Shown here: positions 27,011 to 32,000 of the stretch, piece after piece | Position numbering within the stretch: the stretch's first letter is position 1 | Layout: every line of letters begins with the position of its first letter | Assembly (NCBI RefSeq): GCF_900232105.1 | Contig: NZ_LT934425.1 | Location: forward strand, 630,001 to 662,000 | DNA from: Candidatus Kuenenia stuttgartensis | GTDB taxonomy: Bacteria; Planctomycetota; Brocadiia; Brocadiales; Brocadiaceae | Direction: 5' to 3' | DNA: 32,000 nt | Position numbers and translations under genes: made by a program | Notes under the pieces: model-generated | Databases searched by the model: none | Seen by the model: the letters and a program-made list of their open reading frames with translations, nothing else | Told to the model about the DNA's origin: nothing

Positions 27011-27338
27011 TGATACTATTCCTTTGCCGGTGAGGTTCTTCGAAGAATAATGACGGAGGTATTTTATAAAAATACGCTGTCCGCATTAAAGGTTTGCAAA
27101 GAAATACCCGTTTTAACGATTGCTTTTGAAAAATCTAATCCCCAACTACTATTTTTATTCTTATTTGAAGAAATGGTAGTTGGGGATTTTGTGTTTCTAT
27201 ACTTAGTGGTTAAGTGGCCAATTGGGATTTTACAGGCTGGTTTGGGTTGTAAACCTGAACCCGCCGGGGTCTTACTCATTCTGTGTAATCTGTGAAATCT
27301 GTGGTTTTTCTTTTATTAATTAATGATTTCTACTAATA

Positions 27339-28325
27339 ATGTATGATTCCTTCTCTTTTATCCATTTCCAGATAATTGCCGCATTCATACTTGATATAAC
27401 TATTGGCGATCCACAATGGCGTTTTCATCCCGTAAGATTGATAGGGAAATCTATTCATTGTATAGAATATATCGTGCGTAGATTGCCTCTGCCGGAAAGG
27501 TTGATGGGGTTGTTTTTAACCGGCGGCATTGTGTCCGGCGTGTATATAATCACCTGCGAAATTATGTCCCTTTCTAAACAATGGAACCCGGTATGTCAGG
27601 TAATAACGGGAGGTATTATTGTTTATTTTGCGATTTCCATAAAAAATCTGGCAGATGAAGCAAAAAAAGTGATCAACATGCTTCGTATAAATGATTTAAA
27701 AAATGCCAGAAGTATGTTATCCCGCATTGTGGGACGCGATACAGCAGATTTAAACAGAGAACAAATAATACGCGCAGCTATAGAAACGGTGGCAGAGAGT
27801 TGTGTTGATGGCACTTTAGCGCCATTATTTTATTGTTTCATTGGAGGACCGGTCGCAGCGATGACCTATAGGGCGGTAAACACGCTGGATTCTATGGTTG
27901 GATATAAAAACGAAAAATATATAAAGCTTGGATGGGCGTCAGCGAGATTGGATGATATGGCAAACTACATCCCGGCAAGATTATCTGCCTTGTTTATTCC
28001 TGTGGCTTCTTTTTTATGCGGGCATGGTTTTCAATCCTCTTTAAGGACGGCTTTTCAGGAAGGAAGAAAACATGAGAGCCTTAATAGCGGAATACCCGAG
28101 GCTGCTTTTGCAGGTGCATTGGGGGTTCAACTGGGAGGGCCAAGCACCTATGGGGGTGAAGTTGTGGATAAACCCTATATCGGCGATAATAAAAAACAGT
28201 TAACACTGGAATCGCTGGAAATGGCGTTAAGGCTAATGTTTGTCACGTCCGTATTGTTTTTGATAAGCGGATTAAGTTTCATCATGATGGTCCGGGTTTT
28301 GGCAACGACGCAGCATTCGAGGTGA
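27339..28325 (+). CDS. cbiB: Adenosylcobinamide-phosphate synthase CbiB/CobD
   Basis: AFILDITIGDPQWRFHPVRLIGKSI; ESCVDGTLAPLFYCFIGGPVAAMTYRAVNTLDSMVGYKNEKYIKLGWASARLDDMANYIPARLSA; NSGIPEAAFAGALGVQLGGPSTYGG. Confidence 0.95.
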   Translation: MYDSFSFIHFQIIAAFILDITIGDPQWRFHPVRLIGKSIHCIEYIVRRLPLPERLMGLFLTGGIVSGVYIITCEIMSLSKQWNPVCQVITGGIIVYFAISIKNLADEAKKVINMLRINDLKNARSMLSRIVGRDTADLNREQIIRAAIETVAESCVDGTLAPLFYCFIGGPVAAMTYRAVNTLDSMVGYKNEKYIKLGWASARLDDMANYIPARLSALFIPVASFLCGHGFQSSLRTAFQEGRKHESLNSGIPEAAFAGALGVQLGGPSTYGGEVVDKPYIGDNKKQLTLESLEMALRLMFVTSVLFLISGLSFIMMVRVLATTQHSR

Positions 28326-28449
28326 CATGAAAATGCCGTTCCTGCCCCCTGATTCAGAAGGATAAATTCCAGCAGAAATCAAAAATCCTTTAGCGGGTTC
28401 ACATGCAATGCGTCTTTCCAAAAATATTGAAATTCCTATACATTAAATT

Positions 28450-29259
28450 ATGAACTGTACTAAGCATTTTTTGGAAACATTAGACCCAAGGGCAAAGATC
28501 ATATCCCTTTTTTTTATTGTTTCCTGCATGGCCTTAACGCCGATGAGCAGGGCGAAGGATTTTGGAGTATATTTTTTGTTAATACTTGCAATCTTTTTAT
28601 TTTCCGATATTTCACCAGCCCGGTTATTGCAAAAATTTCATTTTGTCCTGTTTCCCATCACCGTATTGCCTTTTATGCTACTGTTCATTCTTTTTTTAAG
28701 AAGAGCATTTATTTGTTATTTTATCAAAGGAAGCTGTTCGGCAGTAAGTATTGCGAAAGAAGAAATATGGACTTTTTTGTGCTTTATAATCAAACTTGAT
28801 TTATCTATAGTATTCATTGTTGTTGTATCAGTAACTATGTCCTATACAGATTTTTTGAGAGGAGTGGAGAAATTATATATACCACGGGCACTTGTATTAC
28901 GCATGGTATCTGCTTTGTATCATATCATTCAATTAATCAATAACAGTAAGAGGCTGTTGCGGTTTGAAATGTACCGTTTTATCGGCTTTAAACACCGGAG
29001 AAAATTAAAAAAATATATCCCTGCCCCATTTACATTATTTGACAAAAGACCTGATTCTCCCGGAAAAGACCATAGTGTATTATGTATTTGTGCTGGCGGA
29101 GAAATGTACAACACGGCGCATTTGCGGTTTTCCTATAAGGATTTTTTGTTTATGATAGGCGTAATCATCATGCTGGTATGCATCGTTTCCGGAGTAATTT
29201 ATAAAATAGAAAACATTAAAATATCACACTCACATTTATGGCAAAATTTACAGATATGA
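28450..29259 (+). CDS. EcfT/CbiQ-like energy-coupling factor transmembrane protein
   Basis: Starts LDPRAKIISLFFIVSCMALT with several hydrophobic segments and YIPRALVLRMVSALYHIIQLINNSKRLLRFEMYRFIGFK. Adjacent to cbiB. Confidence 0.75.
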   Translation: MNCTKHFLETLDPRAKIISLFFIVSCMALTPMSRAKDFGVYFLLILAIFLFSDISPARLLQKFHFVLFPITVLPFMLLFILFLRRAFICYFIKGSCSAVSIAKEEIWTFLCFIIKLDLSIVFIVVVSVTMSYTDFLRGVEKLYIPRALVLRMVSALYHIIQLINNSKRLLRFEMYRFIGFKHRRKLKKYIPAPFTLFDKRPDSPGKDHSVLCICAGGEMYNTAHLRFSYKDFLFMIGVIIMLVCIVSGVIYKIENIKISHSHLWQNLQI

Positions 29260-29349
29260 TTACTTCAAAAAGTTAAAGATTCGCGGTTACAATCTCTTTT
29301 TATCAACATGAGGCATCGACTCACCGGATATTAAAGGAAGAATTCTGAC

Positions 29350-30150
29350 ATGGAAATAAATTCTAATAAAGGACGCGTTTGTTACACAGAAGACATTTGT
29401 GCTGACGGCATATGTTGTTTTATGAGCATTCCCAGGAAGCAGAATCATTTGGGCATATGGAAACATATCTTCAGGAAAAGAAGCGCTGCGTATGGCATAA
29501 AATTGCTTTATACCGCCCTTCACGCAAAGGATATTGTTTATAATCCATGCAAGTGCCTGGAGTTTTATTTAACATGGAAAGATGACGCATCCGATGATAT
29601 GCAGATACTATTGCGATGCGCTGCGTATGGTAAAAAGCGCAGGCCGTATGTATGCAAGGCATTTCCCGACAGGAAAGATAGTTTTATGCACGACGTCCCG
29701 GCACCTTGTATTTACAACGAGTATATTGCCCCTGAAGAATATGTCAGATTGAAACACACACACGTTTTCCGTCTTTTTTATGCCATCAAAGACGACCAGG
29801 CTCTTTTGCGCAAAATCTCTCCCCATTGTTCAGTCGATGATACACGGAAAAGACTAGATCAGTGTAAAGATAGTGTAAAAATAAGTGCCATCTGGAATGA
29901 AAAACCTTCGGAATATTTTCTAATAGAAGTACCAAAGGTTCCATCTATTCTCTGCACTTCAGAAGTACACCCCGTAATAAAAACGATACGGCAGGCATAC
30001 AATCGCTGGACCGGACATATTGAGACATGGCTGGAAAAGCATTATGGCGATAAATGGCATACTTATTTGGAACAGGCGCTTGAAAACGAAGATAACAGGC
30101 CTGGCAGAAAAAAGAAGGAGAAAATATTCAAAAGCAAGATGACAAAATGA
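29350..30150 (+). CDS. Cys-rich hypothetical protein, possibly divergent YkgJ-type zinc/iron-chelating family
   Basis: 266-aa intact ORF with CYTEDICADGICCF, YNPCKCLEFYLTWKDD and LRCAAYGKKRRPYVCKAFPDRKDSF. The 'RPxxCxxFP' motif is similar to YkgJ/CxxCxxCC proteins. Confidence 0.6.
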   Translation: MEINSNKGRVCYTEDICADGICCFMSIPRKQNHLGIWKHIFRKRSAAYGIKLLYTALHAKDIVYNPCKCLEFYLTWKDDASDDMQILLRCAAYGKKRRPYVCKAFPDRKDSFMHDVPAPCIYNEYIAPEEYVRLKHTHVFRLFYAIKDDQALLRKISPHCSVDDTRKRLDQCKDSVKISAIWNEKPSEYFLIEVPKVPSILCTSEVHPVIKTIRQAYNRWTGHIETWLEKHYGDKWHTYLEQALENEDNRPGRKKKEKIFKSKMTK

Positions 30151-30412
30151 AACATCCATGAACCTTTGGTTCACAAACATGTAGTAAAATAAATAATCCA
30201 CAAATTACCACGATTTCCACAGATCAGGAGAAGATTAAAGCGGTTTTTTATCTGCGCTAATCGTTCGACTCACGACGAAGTCTGCGAAATCTGCGGATAA
30301 GAATTATTTTAAGGAAGCAAACATTTTACTATGTATACTGTACTATCATATGCACTGCAAATTTTTTCAAAAGAGTAAGGTGTTGCAAAATCGTAAGCCT
30401 CTTGATTATTCC

Positions 30413-31534
30413 TTATGCATAGTATTCAAGCAGTACATTTAGTATCTCTTTTGTGTTTGTTTTGCTTTTATCAAATATTACTTTCCCATAAGGCTCTCTT
30501 GGCCCCCATCTGTCAAAGTTTGGTTTGGAAAAAAGAGCGATAGTTTTCGTCCCTACTGCAACTGCAAGATGCATTGGGCCTGAATCAGGAGTTACTATGA
30601 CCTTACACTTTGATACTAAGGCAGCTACTTCGCGCAATGTGGCATTTTTTATGTATAAGGCAGATCCTATTACCGATTGTATACATTTTTCATTTCCCAT
30701 CTCTTCTGGCCCTATAAATATTACCATGGGGATATGCCGTGTTCTCAGATTCTCTGCAATAATACCAAAACTTTCCAGATTCCATGCCTTTCCTTTTTTT
30801 TGTCTGCCGCCGGTAAATATGCCAATCGGTTTCTTAAATGAATCTCCGAAATGCAATTTGAAGAAATCTTCTGCCCTGAGCTGTTCTTCCGGTTTGAGTA
30901 TAATTTTGCGTTCATCAAAAGCTGCTATCCCTATTTGTTGCATACATTCCCGGATTTGATCTACCTTGTGACGCGATTGTGGATGTTTAAAAACAGAGGT
31001 AAACAATATATTGCCATCGTTTCGCATACACCCGATGCGATGCCTGGTTCCGGATGCATATGTGATATAGGCGCCCAGTGAATTAGTCGCCGTGCTTAGA
31101 TGAATGGCTGCATCGTACTTTTCTTTTCGAAGTATTGTAATAAGACGCCATAATCGATGCGGAAGCACAGTGTCTATTCGTTTGATAGTATGAATTTGTT
31201 TTATGGCATATCCCTCCAGTATGGATTTTGCATGCCTCCCCCCAACAAAACAGAATTGCACATTTGGCAGGGCTTTAATAAGCGCTGATACAGCGGGGGT
31301 AACCAGGATAGTATTCCCTAAACGTTGGTTTACGGAAACAAGCAGTATCTTCTTCATTGCATACAGGTTGGGCAAAGGTTCAACGCCAACATGCATCATA
31401 CGTGCAAGAGCCAGTAAAAAGATACGGCGAATACTGAGTTTCAGGCAGCGCAGAAAACTTGAACGTTTGAAATGTTTCCCGGATAAAGCGAGACCAAATT
31501 CATCTTTTAAAACAGGGGTATATTGCTTTTCCAT
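30413..31534 (-). CDS. Glycosyltransferase family 9 (ADP-heptose:LPS heptosyltransferase-like)
   Basis: ILLVSVNQRLGNTILVTPAVSALIKALPNVQFCFVGG; KPIGIFTGGRQKKGKAWNLESFGIIAENL; CKVIVTPDSGPMHLAVAVGTKTIALFSKPNFDRWGP. RBS AAAGGAA. Confidence 0.93.
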   Translation of the reverse strand: MEKQYTPVLKDEFGLALSGKHFKRSSFLRCLKLSIRRIFLLALARMMHVGVEPLPNLYAMKKILLVSVNQRLGNTILVTPAVSALIKALPNVQFCFVGGRHAKSILEGYAIKQIHTIKRIDTVLPHRLWRLITILRKEKYDAAIHLSTATNSLGAYITYASGTRHRIGCMRNDGNILFTSVFKHPQSRHKVDQIRECMQQIGIAAFDERKIILKPEEQLRAEDFFKLHFGDSFKKPIGIFTGGRQKKGKAWNLESFGIIAENLRTRHIPMVIFIGPEEMGNEKCIQSVIGSALYIKNATLREVAALVSKCKVIVTPDSGPMHLAVAVGTKTIALFSKPNFDRWGPREPYGKVIFDKSKTNTKEILNVLLEYYA

Positions 31535-31711
31535 CTTTTCCTTTGATTACTCGTTTAAAAGAATATGTCACAATAAATGACAACTCTTATACCAGGCAAA
31601 CATTAAGGGTTGATGAAGAAGACATGAAGAAAGCTTAATGTGTAAGGCAATTGATACATCAATCAAGGGAAGCGTTGGTACCGCTTAAGATACGTGTAAC
31701 TAAAAAACAGG

Positions 31712-31999
31712 TTAGCGATTGAAATGACTTTTTGGAAGGGTAACTAAAAAAGCGCTGCCTTTTCCTATTGTGCTTTTTACTTCTATTTTTCCTTTATGAA
31801 GGTCTGCTATGTTTTTGCAAATACTTAATCCCAGGCCTACCCCTCCGGTATCCCTTGACCTTGAAGCATCTACACGAAAAAACCTGTCAAAAATCTTGTT
31901 ATGGTCATTTTCGGAAATCCCTATTCCGGAGTCCCTGATTGAAACAATAACTTCATTTTCCAAATCTTTCAGAGAAATGCAAATATTGCCTCCCGGGGA
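31712..31999 (-). CDS. Sensor histidine kinase, partial (HATPase C-terminus; N-terminus outside window)
   Basis: Reverse-strand frame reads ...SPGGNICISLKDLENEVIVSIRDSGIGISENDHNKIFDRFFRVDASRSRDTGGVGLGLSICKNIADLHKGKIEVKSTIGKGSAFLVTLPKS, with G1, F and G2 boxes. Open to the window edge. Confidence 0.95.
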   Translation of the reverse strand, partial: SPGGNICISLKDLENEVIVSIRDSGIGISENDHNKIFDRFFRVDASRSRDTGGVGLGLSICKNIADLHKGKIEVKSTIGKGSAFLVTLPKSHFNR

Positions 32000-32000
32000 A

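Noticed and set aside
27011-27338. Cobalamin riboswitch upstream of cbiB
   Set aside because: Searched for a B12-box-like GCCACTG and surrounding structure. None was seen, and the short ORFs there are unconvincing.
1-32000. CRISPR array, tRNA/rRNA genes, phage or toxin-antitoxin defence island
   Set aside because: No regularly spaced direct repeats with unique spacers, no recognisable tRNA T-loop or acceptor pairing, and no cas, phage or toxin-antitoxin protein motifs were seen by eye. A tRNAscan/Infernal run would be needed to exclude small RNAs formally.

Overview
32 kb chromosomal window. Gene content suggests an anammox-type planctomycete (Kuenenia/Brocadia-like); this is inference from protein flavour, not a database result. 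It contains: (1) a minus-strand flagellar basal-body block fliE-fliF-fliG-fliH (fliH cut by the window edge), with fliE separated from fliF by about 1.2 kb of non-coding DNA packed with nested inverted repeats; (2) two convergent hypothetical genes; (3) an intact IS1380-type element (6581-8296) with a perfect 16-bp TIR and TGAAA duplication, itself inserted inside an older element bounded by 24-bp inverted repeats; (4) tyrA, a PurS-PurS-PurL fusion, and purQ; (5) NuoE/NuoF-like genes without nuoG; (6) an HD-GYP protein and a metallophosphoesterase; (7) a PAS/sigma-54 enhancer-binding regulator divergent from three tandem hsp20 genes, with a textbook -24/-12 sequence in the intergenic region, a palindrome and an SD-occluding hairpin in the predicted leader, and a PsiE-like gene downstream; (8) an intact IS1634-type element (22400-24252, TTACAA duplication) between the hsp20/psiE block and grpE-dnaK; (9) cbiB and an EcfT/CbiQ-like protein; (10) a Cys-rich hypothetical, a glycosyltransferase family 9 gene and a truncated histidine kinase. 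No tRNA, rRNA or CRISPR array was recognised. The most interesting unit is the sigma-54-linked small-heat-shock locus. The rest of the novelty lies in small dispersed inverted-repeat elements.
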